Shown piece after piece: positions 24,413-37,865 of a stretch of 64,000 bases of DNA. Every line of letters begins with the position of its first letter. Within the stretch, counting starts at the first letter, position 1. Position numbers and translations under genes: made by a program. Location: positions 32,044,213-32,108,212 of the forward strand of contig OZ234493.1 in the NCBI GenBank assembly GCA_965153455.1, written 5' to 3'. Origin of the DNA: Sphagnum compactum (Eukaryota). The notes under the pieces are model-generated. The model did no database searches, was not told where the DNA came from, and saw only the letters and a program-made list of their open reading frames with translations.

Positions 24413-26189
24413 TCATGCATTTCATTATTGCTTTCTGATTCAGGCACAGAAATTTTCTTGACACATGCAATAGGAAAGTGCGGGGCTAGACATGGTTACG
24501 TTTGTCGAGTTGTTGATTGCATTGAAGTATAGGAAGGTAATGTAATCAATATGCTGTGTACATTTGTCCAAGTGAAGCTCACTATAAACCTTTCTTCTTG
24601 TTTGCCAGTTGAGGTTTGGATTTCAGGTCTTCTCACATGAAAAAATCCTTTTGTCCAACCTTCAGCATTATTGCATGTGTATGGGAGGTCTCCAAACACT
24701 GCACACATGAAAATATTATTCTGCAGGACAGCATGTTGACCCTTTATGCACTTGAAGTTGTGCTATTTGATGCATTGAGCTTGATGCTGGTTTTTACAGG
24801 CTGCCATACCACATAACCAAACAGCAGCAAATGTCAGCATCAGCTTATAGTCAGGCTTCTTTTTGTCTTTGAGTGAGGAGTGTAGGTGGAGGCATTCTTA
24901 GCAAACATGAGACACTTCATGAACCATACAACTAATGATGTGATGATACTTTGCTACTAGTATGGTTCTCTTCCAACATGGAATCAGGTCGAAAACTGAC
25001 TTCCCATTCCCTCATTTCACATCCTAACACTCCACCTATACCGAACGTTCATCTAGTACAATTGTCACTGGTGTTTTCATTCCTTTTACTGGATGTCTCA
25101 AATCTCAAGTCGATTCTTATATTGGTCAAATATCATAATGTATTCTCTGGCTGCCATAAGGGAACAGAAAGGTAGCATCCGCCTTACATGTGATTCTAGT
25201 TGATCTGATTGACTGCAGGTTTAGGGCCCTTATGAAATCTTGGCTGGTTGCACTAGTTTTAGAAGTAGTTCACAAAGCTAATCAAATCCTGGTTTCCTCA
25301 CAGCCTGAGCTTACACTTCTAGGCTCTTGTAACACCAAGAAACTATAATCGCAATCTTCCTCCCAGAAAACAAATTAAAAATTTGTCAAAGCTTTGATAG
25401 ATTTCCACAAAATCTTGACAATTTCATAACTTTCTTCTTCCTTAAAATGTAACAAAATTTTTGAGGAAATTTTTCGAAAAGATACTTGAGACTTTTTTTT
25501 TTTAATCACAAAATGGCGAATTTCAGCCAAAAACAATTTCAGTAGTTAGAGAGCTCTAACAACCCCCAATTACATCTCCTGACACAGAGGCTGTGTGTGC
25601 ATTATCAAACAATGACCAAAATACATCCATTCTGGAAAGGCTGAAAAGTTCACCACCAGTCGGTCACATGAAAAATTTCCAGTCTCGAAAACTTACACAA
25701 GCTCAAGATTGGGGCCAAACACCAACATGGTGGGGGGAGGGGCATGTGCCATGACTTTCTGAGGGACTAGAATATTGAACAATGTTTCTGAGCAAAGAAA
25801 AAGTTAGACAATGCAAAGAGTTCATATAATTTATGTAAGAGGAAAGCTCGGACGAAGCACCGTGGCAAAGCTCAAACCAGCGTCAGCTTTGTTTGCTGGC
25901 ACTCTGTGGGAACCTTGGATCAGGATCATCCCCATTTTCTAAAAACCCACCAAATGATGAAACCATGTCAATCATGAAAGAAACCAAAGCATCCAAAAAG
26001 GGGGAATACAAGGAACAAAATGGAAGGACCCACGTACAAGAAAACAAAAAAAAAAACCTTAAAACTACATTTTAAAGCATAGTTTCATCACTAGCTTGAA
26101 TCCATGTCACCCACCTTAAACCCATGTTCAAAAATGTTATTCATAACTAGTGTTTTAATTTCAAAAATCCCTTCATTCTTAAAAAATCA

Positions 26190-26830
26190 GCCCTTAATCT
26201 ACAAACCCAAACCCTATTCAATAAAAACCTAAACCCCATAGCTCTAATTGCTACAAATGAAACCTTAAAATTAACCCTAGTAACCCTATTGATAGTCCCA
26301 TGGCCTTCAATAGCCCTAGCCCCATAACTTTAGGCTCCCATGGCCCTAGGCCCCATAGCCCCTTCAAACCTTAAGCCCCCATGGTTTTAGGTCCCATAGC
26401 CTTATATATAACTCAAAAAAACTAAACCTTCAAATTGAAACTCTAAAAGGTGCAAAGTTGAACCCTAAAAATTAAACCCTAAAACTTCAAACTTAAACCT
26501 TAATATTTACCTTTGAAAGCTCAATCCTAAACCTTAAGAATTAAATCCTAAAAAAAACCTAAACACTAAAAATCAAACCTTAAAATAATCAATAGCCAAT
26601 AGGTAATAGCCATAGCCAAGGGCAATAGTCAATAGCCATAAACACTAATCATAACCACAAACAATAACCTTATCCATAATCGATAACCATAGTCATCATA
26701 GCCTTAATGCAAATATCCATAACTAATAATAAATAGCCATAGCCATAATAGCTATAGAGTAAATATCCATAATTAATAATCAATAACCATAGTCAATGAC
26801 CAATAGCCATAGGCAATAGCCACCTATTAC
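26190..26830. repeat. Degenerate AAACCCT-like array followed by an ATAGCC/ATAACC low-complexity array
   Basis: Many AAACCC(T)/AAACCT variants at 26190-26585, then ATAGCC/AATAACC iterations at 26590-26825. Confidence 0.6.
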
Positions 26831-27879
26831 ATTAAACCCATATCCCCCTGGTCATAGTCCATATATTTAGCACCAACATTTGTTTTTAAAAAATCTTGGA
26901 AATAGCCTATGTGGATATTGTGCATTTGAGTTAGAATATTAAGTGGTTGCATTCAGAGGCTTAGACATCTTTTAAATGGCTACTTGGGAAAAAAACAAGA
27001 AAAACATATGGTGATTTGAACCCTTGGAGGGCCTATGTATTTGGCTATTGCAAGTTGCATCTTGTATGTGAACAATGGCTACTTCAAGTTTGATAAAGTG
27101 GGGATTTAGGTTATAGTAAAAAAAATTGTGAAGTCTTTTGGCAAAGTGTGAAAGATTGGGGTGGCAAAATTTTGCAACATCCTAGATATAAATAAAAATG
27201 CATCAAATGAGGGAGTTGAACCCTTGTCCTATAGGACATTGCCCCAATGGCAACACATGATTTGATTTGCAAACCAGACATTAGATATGATGATATAAAA
27301 ACAATCAAATGCCATTTTGAACTTAGGAAGATGAACTTTACTTAATACCCAATACCCATTGCCCAAACCCCATATAGGCCAAATTGGTCGACATCATGGA
27401 AATTGGGGTTCTTTTTGAAGATGTAAAATACTTTTGAACCGGCACTTGGTCATTGAGTAACCAGTGACCACACATTGACAACAATAAATAATGAGCACAA
27501 CATCAATGATCATTGATGTGAAAATGCAAGTTCAAAATTCTAACACAATACAATTTGCAAATCTAGATGCAACAACTTATAAACAAATGAAAAGTTCAAA
27601 AGGGATAGATGATAGATTAGATACCATTCAAGCAATAACAACACATTTAAAAGATGGACCAAACATGCCCAACATCTACATTATAATGAAAATCAAGATC
27701 TGATGGTGTGTCGTGGGGTATTGCAATTGTCAACATAAATCATAAGGCAACCATGATGCTTTCCGAAAAAACCTATGCATCAAACAATTACATAACACTA
27801 TCAAGTCATTAAAGTTTGAACCACTTAGTTAATGTGCCATTGTGTAGTGAATAGTGACCATCCACGATCCAAGGTATGT

Positions 27880-28918
27880 TTGAAACCAAAAGACCCCTTT
27901 GTGTTTTCTCCTCTGTCCATGTTATGATGGCATCATGAGAAGGAAAAATATCAATTGTGTAGTAAGGTTGCATGTACATACAAACCACCAAATCCAAATA
28001 TGCTCACAAAGGCTATTCCACAATCTTGTCTTCATGAAGGTTAGTGTTGAAAAAATCTTTTCGTTCTCTACAAACCCCATAATCTGAACCATTGTAATAG
28101 GTTAGTGGGTGGGTAGGCAAGTAGATATTTAATAATAGCATTGACCATTTTGACTAAATGTCTTACTCGATTAAAATTCCATTGGCCATTTGACTAAAGG
28201 TGTCATGTGTTTTTTTTCAATTTGACTAGTTATTCCATTTGACTAAATGTCATTGGCCATTTTGACCAAGGTTGTTAATTTTTTGTTCAATTTGAATAGA
28301 TGTTCAATTAACAAATAGTTAAATAGGTCGTTTCAACCATGTTGATTGGTCAAAAGATACACATGTCATTCAAGCCCCTAACCTCTAATCAAAATGTACA
28401 TGTTCATTAGTCAAAAAAGACCAATCAATCAACTTGGACTATTTGAAAAACCAAGAATTCTAGTAGTGTTTTCCAAAGCCTTGACAAAGGATTCAAATCC
28501 ATGGGGTTGTCCATAGCCCATTATGCATTAAATAACATTATGATCTTGAAAAAATAACATTGCAAGTCCAAAATGTCCACATCAATAACTGTCGAGATCC
28601 ATATTTGTCACACAAAAGTTGAAAGTTATGGGCAATTTATGATATGGTGGCAAAATCTTGATGCATTTTCAAAACCAAGGTTTTATATTCATTTAGCACT
28701 TTCTTTACTAGGAGTAACATAGAAATCCACCAAGTTTTAATGTTCCTAAAAATGCATTATCCTCCAATTTCCATGATGTCAATTAGTTCAACAAATTCTT
28801 GAGTTTTTTAATTTGGACCAAGTGAGAGAAGTAGGTATATCGGCTTTGTAGCACATCTTCAATTTTCCCTCCAATGGCCAACTTTGAAAGAGTTTGCATT
28901 GTCAAATTTTTGGCATGG
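27880..28918 (-). mobile_element. Decayed hAT transposase (ZNF862-like clade), 3' part
   Basis: The minus strand reads 'HAKNLTMQTLSKLAIGGKIEDVLQSRYTYFSH...IFRNIKTWWISMLLLVKKVLNEYKTLVLKM' (28918-28610). The dimerisation region 'MVQIMGFVENEKIFSTLTFMKTRLWNSLCEH/LDLVVCMYMQPYYTIDIFP.HDAI' lies at 28095-27880. A TTGACYA-rich insert sits at about 28130-28450. Confidence 0.75.
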
Positions 28919-29447
28919 GTTCATTATCTCTTCTTTCACCTTCTCCAATTGGTCTTGTAGCATTTGTGCAGCGATCTCCAAAACCACAAAATTGTTCCAT
29001 GATGTCATAAATTCCTTTTTTGATGTCATGAAATTTGATGTAATGGCTTGCATGTAGAGGAGAGAAATTAAATAAGGTCTCTTGGGCTTTTGTAGTTTAA
29101 GGGTGATGATGGACCAAGCTCAATGGGACTTTTGTGACTATTTATGATAACTTATTGTTGATATGCCTTTTATGGTATCTTGCTAGAGATGCTTTAATGG
29201 AGCATTATTTATCTGAATATTTGATTTGGATCGAATCATTTAAATATGAATCATTTGATGCTTATGATCTACTTCAGTAACATAAATCGGTACATAAGTT
29301 ACAATGTGCTAACAAAAGGTTCTTCGAATATGTTATAGTAACAATACAATAATTCATGTCTATTACTGTATACTAGTTTGAACCCCGTGCCTAATGCACA
29401 AGTTTGTGTGCATTTGACGATACATATTACAAAATTACAATTACAAA

Positions 29448-32400
29448 CTACAGTTCCAAAACCTCTTTATATACGACATTTCGCATGTATCTATCGGGAC
29501 CCTGGCCGTTGAAAATCTTGATGTTTGCACTACTCGTGACCCGTGAAATAGCAACATACAACTGACCATGGGAATAGATTGGAGACGGCAAATATACCCC
29601 AACATTGTTGAATGTCTGATCTTGACTCTTGTTGATTGTGATCGCAAATGCCACTCGAACTGGAAATTGACGACGACGCAAAACAAATGGCCAATCAGTC
29701 CCAGAGGGGGACATGATGATGCGAGGTATGAACACACGTTTGCCGACATTGTTTCCTGTGATGATTTTCGCTTCAATGACACGCTGACCTAATCTTTTGA
29801 TAATCAACCTCGTACCATTGCACAATCATATTGATTGATTGAGATTACGCAACAAAAGGATTGGCACACCCACTTTGAGTTCCAGCTCATGATTTGTGAT
29901 ACCGCTAAATTGCAAAATGTTTAGAAATTCCACCGGATACAATGAATCCATTGAAACTCCTGTAGCAACACTTGCACCTTCTTCTGTTGGAGTCAAAGAA
30001 TTTGTGCTCAGGTACGTGTGCGATTCTTCAGATAGCGATTCTAAAATTGCATTGTTGACTTCATCAACGTCAGTATTTTTGGGGGCTAGAATGCTACGTT
30101 GCATAAGATACATGGCATCTCCAGAGTGGCACCGGTGCTCCGGATAGATGGTTCGGATTAATCCTCTTAAGCTGTAATCTTTTGTTGGCAGCCTCATATG
30201 GGATGGAATCTTGATCCAATCTTGATCCAATCTGGATCGACACCTTCTTCTTCTGCAATGGCAGGAAGATTACCGTCTCCAACATTCAACACCCATTTGG
30301 CAAACTCTCGCTGCTCTTTAGAATTGGTTGCCATGACTCGCATGTTGATATGAAAACGAAGAATTGTAACATGCTGCCAAAGATGCGATCGAGGCAAGGA
30401 AGCACTGACAATGTCTTCTAATCCCCCCTTGGGAACAACAGGCAAGATCTGTCGAAAATCCCCACCAAGGACCACGGTTTTCCCACCAAAGATTTTCTCG
30501 GTTGCCTGTGCGTCATCCAATTGCATCAAATCACGCAGGGTGCGATCAACATCTTCAAAAGCTCGGCAATGCATCATCGGTGCCTCATCCCAAATGATCA
30601 GATCAGCTTTACGCACCAACTCGGCCATTTTCATCTGTTGTGTGATGTTGCAAATTGACTCATCGTGCAGATCAATCGGAATCTTGAATCTTGAATGGGC
30701 GGTTCTGCCGCCCAGAAGCAACAAATATGCAATTCCTGATGAGGCAACTGCAAGCACGATTTTGCCTTGCCCTCGTAGACGGGACAAAAGTTGTTGCGCT
30801 CCCAAGTTCCGAGTAGACCCACTTGAGGGTCTAGGTATATGGCAATGCGGAAGGAGTTGGAACTTGGAGCACGATCCCGACTTCCAGCACTAGAGGGGGG
30901 GGGTAAGAGGGGCGTGCTAGAAGTCCCGGGAAAGACTAGGAAGAGTTGACAAGCTTTACTCACTCACACGGGCCTGCATGAAACCACACAAAGTGGTTAG
31001 AACTCATTTTGGGTCCTTTTGGTGTTGGGACAGCCACGGGTGAACTCGGACTCACTTTGACACACCACACCCCGGGCTCGGGAGTAAGCCACCACCTTAC
31101 TCCCTATAGTATACTCTGTGACTCGTCGCGGGGGTGGCATCCAAATGGCCATTTTGTCCCGGGACTCCCGGGACTCCCGCGTGGGAGTCCCGAAATCGCG
31201 CATTTTCGGGACTCCTGCGACTTTGAAGCTTCATAACTATCGGAGCAGACCTCCGATCGACTTGCCGTCTGAAGCAAAAATGTAGGTCTCGTCGAGACCT
31301 TTCCAATGGTATGTCGCGCGTTTTCTGCAGCCAAGTATTTCGGGTCGATTCCCGACTTTTAGTGGTCGGGAGTCAAAACTGGCGGACTCCCGGGAGTTCG
31401 ACTCCCAGGCCTTCTTTTGGCCATAACTTGTGTTTCAGATGTCCAAATGAGCAATGCGAGCCCATTTTAGACATCTACACTTCAAGAGCTTTCCATTGAT
31501 ATAAAGAGCGCAACAAGCCATTGAGTTTTGACCCCTCAAAACGCTCTCTGAAGTTTCGGGAGTCCTTTTGGGACTCCACTCTCACCAACTCCCAACATGG
31601 GAGTTCACTTGGGAGTGTGAGGGTTCACTCCCTCACACTCTTTGCACTCCCGGGAGCATGTGATATGACTCCCGGGTCTACTTATAGGCCCGCACACTTG
31701 CGACCCCCTTGCCTTGGTCGCAAGCCAAGGCTAGGGTTGCGACAAAAGTGTTGTTCAAACAAATGTTTTGCCGGTTCCACCACTGCCATACACAAAGAAT
31801 AGTTTGCCTTCTTTGTTTGTCACGACATTCAAAATAGTTTCGTATGCGTTGCGCTGATCATCATTGAGCCTATTTTCTGCATTGTCTACATCTCTAGTCA
31901 ATGAATGCTGATCATAAGCCAACTCTTCTTCGACCAATCGGTTTCCTCCATGAACAGAAGGGATGTAATTAGACTTGGGAAGCGTTGGAAAATCTTCCAG
32001 GTGGTGTCCATTGCGCATGAGAACCTGATCGATCTCATACAATGCACGATCCTTGAGCGCATCCTCAGAAAGGGTAACAGTTGGATCAGCACGCTCACAG
32101 CGTGTCATTGCTTCAATGTCATCGCTCAAAGACTCCCAATGTGCATCCCATAGCTGTCTGGGATTCGTGACCTCACAAAACATCAACATGGAGGCAAACA
32201 TGTCATGCAGCTGTCGTCCTGAGGCCCAAACACCGGCTTCTTCCAAGGCTTGATGCCATTCATTGTCGTCTGCAAGCAAACCCATTGTAATGCATGCATC
32301 TTTGAATGTGTTGTGCTCTCTGCCATCCACTGTCCGCAAATGCTCGTAGGATGTGGCACCTTTGACGTAATTCAGCAGCATTCGCAAATAATAACGTTCA

Positions 32401-35007
32401 CTCGATGTCGGGTGTGCATAATACATGCAATCAATGGCAAAGCCTCTCTTGCGCATTGTCTAGCGCTTCAACTTCCGATTCCACACCCATTGCTGAGGGA
32501 ATTGATCGAACGTAAGGCTTCATGCAACTTTCGATTCTTGGTTTGTTTTGAACCATTCTGTGAGCATCGTTCTGGAAATGGCTGACCGTGTTGCCACTTC
32601 CTGCACATCATCGTCATCGTCAAACAACACCATTTGCTGATTGGGCAAATGGTATTGCAGACGCTCAACGGTAGGAAACCGCTCATGCATATCAAACTTG
32701 AAGATGCGCCACGCTGCTTCCGATACAGATACATAGCGATAATCGAAATATTTTTTAATTTCATCAGTTTCGACCACATTCCCTTCGGTGGCATTGTCGC
32801 TGTGGCGTGAGATCTCAACAGTTGCACGATCATGTCCTTTATATACGTACTTGAATAGATATTTGACTGCACAAATATTGTTGCATACCTCAACGTTGAT
32901 GTGTGCATCGTATTTGGTCGATAAATAGACATTGTGCGGTACCACCCAACGATTGTCCAATTCAATGCCATGAACCAAAACTGTGTGCCCCGTATCTTTA
33001 CGCGGATAAATAGGGTATCCGTTTACATCCGTCACCGTCTCGGATTGGAATTTGCGTGGATATTGTTTTTTGCATTTGCCTTTTTCCATGCACGGGGCAT
33101 TTGGAAACACAGCTCCACATGGACCATGCATCATGCATCTGGCAACCGTCTCGTGGGCCAACTTGTTTGTTTCTGAATTCGGAAGTTCAGCACTGATCAT
33201 GTGGTCTACATCCTCGACCGTGTGTGGCTTATAGTCTTCGATAAAGAAGATGAGAATGTGTGCATGCGGCAGCCCACGCTTTTGAAATTCAACGACATAG
33301 ATTCTTGCAATCGTGCGTCCTAGAATATGGTTCTTGTGAATGTCATTGATCAACTCCTTCAGCTTGATTTTGAACACTCGGGTTACCAAATCGGGTCGAT
33401 CTTGAGGTTGCTGTCCGAGTAGCAATGCTCTCTTGATTTCAAGCCATTGGGGATTGCAAGTGAATGTAACAAACGCATCCGGGCAGCCGGCCCATCTGCA
33501 AATTGCCATGGCATCTTGATAATTTTGAACCATGGGACGTGGACCTACTGTGAAAGAAGATGGCAGAATGATCCTCTGTCCGATGGCAGCAGCGCTATTG
33601 TCACCTGCAGCGATGGCGTTTTGAAGGCCTTGGTAAAGTTCCTTGCGAAGTTTTTTTGATTCAGGCGCAGATACTTCAAGCGATTTTGTTTGATAGCCGC
33701 ATAAGCATCCACAATGTATTGATGCCGCAATCAGTCACCCCGAAGCAACGCAATGCCATCAGTGTCTCGATGTTGAAGTCGATAACCATAAAATTTCGCC
33801 ATTGTCACATTGAAGCTCAGATTCTCCCGCATGGTCTTCATCCAAATCTGCATCAGCAACAACACCATTGAGCAGAATATTCGGATGCCATCCATCCTCA
33901 CCGTAAGGAAATAACAACGGATAATGTAGAGCCATGTATCCCACATGTAGTTCGGAAATGCGCTGAAACGGGCCAGCTTGCTGAGCAAGGACGACGTCAC
34001 GTCTGTCTACAGCCTCAGAACCATCTCCTACCATCAATGCAGCGACTTCATCGGCCGTCGGCACATTGTATCGGCGGGCATCCTTTGTTCGAGAGGCAAT
34101 GAGACGCAATTTCAGATCCATGGGAGCACCTTCTGTTGGCATCATATCCCTTGCCATTTTGAACACTTCGACATAGGGATTGATATTGTACATCATGGTC
34201 AACAACCGATCCAACGTCGTTGGATCAAGCAAGGGCATAACGGCATGGCGGTTTTGATGTTCCCGTTTCGTATCATGAATGTACAGCTGTGCAAACTGTG
34301 GCCGTTGTCCTTCGGCAGGACATAGGGATCCGATTTTGTGATAAAGTTCACCTTGAATGCGAAAGGAGTACGGTCTAGGGCCTCCTGTTACCGAGCTAAG
34401 TGAATGCCAACACCAAATTGTACATGTGAATCTAATCTCGAAATTTGACGGCACTGCTCTTTTTGCTGGTTAAAAGAACTTCTAGCTCTTGCGGTGTTGC
34501 AGGAAGATTCGGCAATAGAACTTTGCCATTCTCGCAACACAGAGAAAATTGTGGGTTGTTGTTCTTCGACTTTGCCGATCGTTCTACGATCCACATTTTC
34601 GCGCTGCAGAATCCACATATTGTGTCCATTTCTCCACAATCCCATCATCCCGGGGCTGACGCATCTTCGTCTCCAAACAATTGTAATGCGTCATTGCGAA
34701 GAGAAGGCTGTTCATGTTGCTTAGCACGCCGTTCTCTCTGTAGGCGATTGCGATGTTCATGTGCAGATTCTGACGTGCCTTGATTGAATTCTGCTGGAAC
34801 ATCAATATGTGGAACATGATTTTCCAAACAGTCAGTTTGCTCGTCATTCCGTTGAGCTTCTAGGTGCTGCCGAAGGACCGTCAAAGCAGTCAAAGCACTA
34901 CCATGTTGCGTAATGAGTGCACGCATACGTTCTTGTATGTCTTCGGGCATCTTGGGGCGGGGGGTTTCTCCTGCACTCTTCTGTGCTGGTGCTGTGTGTG
35001 CAGACAT
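29448..35007 (-). pseudogene. Helitron Rep/helicase ORF disrupted by stops, frameshifts and a solo LTR
   Basis: Consecutive fragments 34645-35007, 34432-34629 (zinc-finger-like 'CGFCSAKMW...CCENGKV'), 33759-34454, 32520-33533, 31755-32456, 30194-30805, 29826-30230 and 29448-29825. An 11-bp duplication near 30210-30232 causes one frameshift. Confidence 0.9.
30792..31744. mobile_element. Solo LTR (953 bp) inserted in the Helitron helicase
   Basis: Begins TGTTGC and ends GCGACA (TG...CA, short imperfect inverted termini). Perfect 5-bp TSD AAAGT at 30787-30791 and 31745-31749. Removing it restores 'GKTFV*TTLLSRLRGQGKIVLAVASSGIA'. No internal gag/pol. Confidence 0.9.
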
Positions 35008-35359
35008 TGTTGAAGTCTAGCTACATCAACTGAAGAATTGTGCAGGCAGCGCTACTGGTGTCAAAATGTGAGCCAAAATCAATCCCCAGGGTGGCGCAGG
35101 AAATGAAAGTCCATGGCTTATTAGTTTGTACTTTGTACACATGCACCCACACACACACATTCGTTAACAACTCCATTTATGACTCCCTTTTCCTGAAATC
35201 TACAATGGATTGAAAAAAAAATATAAACCTTAAAGCGAATTTTGCAGCTTTCACAAACCACTATTAACTTTGCCACTAAACCACCAAACATGATGAATAA
35301 GTGGTTGAGGGTTATTTTAAGTGGTAGGTAAGGCCCACAGATGGGGTCATTACCAGAAT

Positions 35360-35530
35360 AAGGTGCCTGCCAACCTCAGCTGAGGGCAATGCCGAATTCT
35401 GGTAATGCCCCTGTCTGAGGGCTTTACCATATGTAGTGACCTTAAGGCGCCTGCCCAAAGCAGCAACCAAGGGCAACGCTGAACTCTGGTAACGCCCCTG
35501 TTTGAGGGCCTTATCATGCGTAACAACCAC
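35360..35530. repeat. Two diverged tandem copies of an ~84-bp GC-rich unit
   Basis: AGGYGCCTGCC...AGGGCAAYGCYGAAYTCTGGTAAYGCCCCTGTYTGAGGGCYTTAYCAT starts at about 35360 and about 35444. Confidence 0.75.
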
Positions 35531-35940
35531 TCAGAGATTTACAGAGACCTTTCATCATGCTTTGTGGAACTGGCACTGTGGGGGGAGGTTGAACGTTCAG
35601 CAGTGACCCTTCAATTTGAACGGCCATATAATCAAATCTCCCACAACCAAAACATCACAACAAAATGCAAACATAAGTGGGTGACAAGATTTAATAACAT
35701 AACATCAATAATGATTCAACAGAGCAAAGCCAATGCACAATTCCTCATTGACATTTAGTAAAGAAATCAGATGCACCAAAATGCCAATCAACAATACCCT
35801 AACAGATAAACTGTAATGCAAAACTGAAGAGCCATGCAACATTGTGGGGGATACAAATCATGTATGTTAAAATTGAGGTTTTCTGGTGTCAATTCTTGTT
35901 CTGCTGTGAAGATTCTAGGTGTGGATGTCATCTTCACCAA

Positions 35941-36262
35941 CTCATGATGCAATGTACTCTAATCATGATTGGAACATTTTAATGTTTCAACTAGACCCCC
36001 AATTTTAACACCTTGAAACACACTAACCCCATCAACTCCAAAGGTAATTAACTTTGATGAAATTGTTTCTTGAATCAAACCACCATACAACACCATGGCA
36101 TCCACCATAATTTTATTAAATTATCTAAAATGGCCCTGTCAACCATTCACTAATAGTTGCAAGGATAACAAAAAAGGTGTTTGATGCCAATTTTCAACCA
36201 CATATGCATGGATGGAAACCCAAAACTACTAATCCATGGTTGTAACTTCATCACAAGAAAAG
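35941..36262 (-). mobile_element. Decayed hAT transposase (ZNF862-like clade), 5' catalytic part; continues at 28918
   Basis: The minus strand reads 'SCDEVTTMD*..WVSIHAYVVENWHQTPFLLSL...MVDAMVLYGGLIQETISSKLITFGVDGVSVFQGVK...MIRVHCIMS'. These are the first two catalytic Asp regions and the start of the CxxH-like motif. Confidence 0.75.
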
Positions 36263-37865
36263 GGGGGTAAGTATGCAATATAATAATTTGATCAAATAAC
36301 ACACTTGTCAATCTTTAACTTCACTTAGGAATAAATGTTTTCATGTAATCTACATAGTGTGATGTAATATACATTTAAGAATGACATATAAAAACATGAG
36401 TAAATTATATCAACATTTGTGTGTGAATATAATTAAAAGAGCCAACGGGATTATTTTACAAAAGTACTGTGAATCTTTTTTAGTCTTTTTTCACTTTTTT
36501 GTATGAAAGAATTTTTGATTGAAAGAATTAGTCTTTTGCAACTTGTTATTAAAAATACATATAGTTGCCCCAATATATCGCATGTTTTGTGTTAATCATT
36601 GTTGAATAAATATGAATTTTTCAAAGTGTGTAGATTTTGCTAGATTTTGCATTTCATCTTGAAAACTTATCATAATTTTGAATCATACCAAAATATGCTA
36701 TCTACTTTAGGATTCTGTTGTTTGTATCATAAAGTACAACTTTGTTTTGTATGTCATGCACATTACACCCCATTTACATGTGGTAAAGGACTTTTGAAAT
36801 TTGAAATTTTTGAAAAACACTTTGAATTTCTAAAAATTTCAAATTTCACATCTTTTAAATTGTTAGTGTTCTTAAAATATTTGATTAAACCATAAATTTT
36901 GTGCAATGGTTGCATGACATCTCAATTTCCAATTTCAAATCCGTGCCCTTTTGAAAGGAACAAAGGAGTTGGTTGTGATTCATTTTATTGTGGACATATC
37001 CAAGAAGATAAACCTAGTACCTTGAATCAAATCCCTAGTTTTTTTCACCACTAGCTCATGCATACAACTTGGCATCCCCCAACCAATTGAATTCGACCAA
37101 TGGGTTTTTGGAAAATCCTAGACATCGAGGAATTGCAACAAGTTCCTCATATTTTCATAGTTTGTCATAGGTTTGCTTTCAAATTCCATGTGAAAACAAA
37201 TTGGACCAATTTTTTCTTCCTTTTTGTAGTAGTACCATAAAAAACTTAATTAACTATTGTGTATTTCTTAACATTTGCACACATATGTTCAATTTTGGCA
37301 TGGACTGAATTTTTTTCATATAAATTTTTTTAGCTTTATAGACTTTTGGGATTACAACTAGAAATTTCCTCCTACCATTGTGTTTCGAAGGGCTGTCCAA
37401 CTTAGGGCCAACAAATTTATCCGTCCCCTTTATTTTGGAACAAACTTTACATTTAAGCTAATGCACCATCCCATTTTCATTGATAATCAACTCAGCCCAT
37501 GGAAGTTAAACATTCCAAATGTTTTGGAAAATTATATTTTGTTCATATTCCTTTTGTTTTTATTTTTTTAATAGAAATCCACAGTTTGCCTTAGAAGGAG
37601 GAGAAAAGGGTTTGGAGTTTCTTGGCTAGAAGATGTTAATCAGAAATGAAGGAAATGTTTTTTTGAAAAAAATAAACAACGAAACTTGATGTTTTGGGGT
37701 GGATTCAAAGGTGCCATTTTTGACAATATTGGCAATTAATTAGGTTGTGAAAGCATATGGCTACAAGAAAATTAGTGATGGTTGGGCAATGATTTGTAAA
37801 ACGATTGGTGATGGGCCTAATGGTTGACCAACCTTGAACTTAAATGACCTAGAGCTTAAATGAGT

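Larger units (their letters stand above)
29373..35182 (-). mobile_element. Helitron with inactivated Rep-PIF1 helicase
   Basis: The 3' end has a GTGC-ATTAG-GCAC hairpin and then CTAG|T at 29376-29373. HUH Rep motifs are 'FVTFTCNPQW', 'YVVEFQKRGLPHAH' and 'KYLFKYVYKGHDRA'. PIF1 motifs are 'GSGGTGKT', 'IIWDEAPM', 'GDFRQILPV', 'RRQFPVRVAFAITINKSQ' and 'HGQLYVAISRV'. The 5' TC is placed tentatively at 35182. Confidence 0.93.

Noticed and set aside
30997..31802. Short ORFs within the solo LTR
   Set aside because: No gag/pol or other domain motifs are present.
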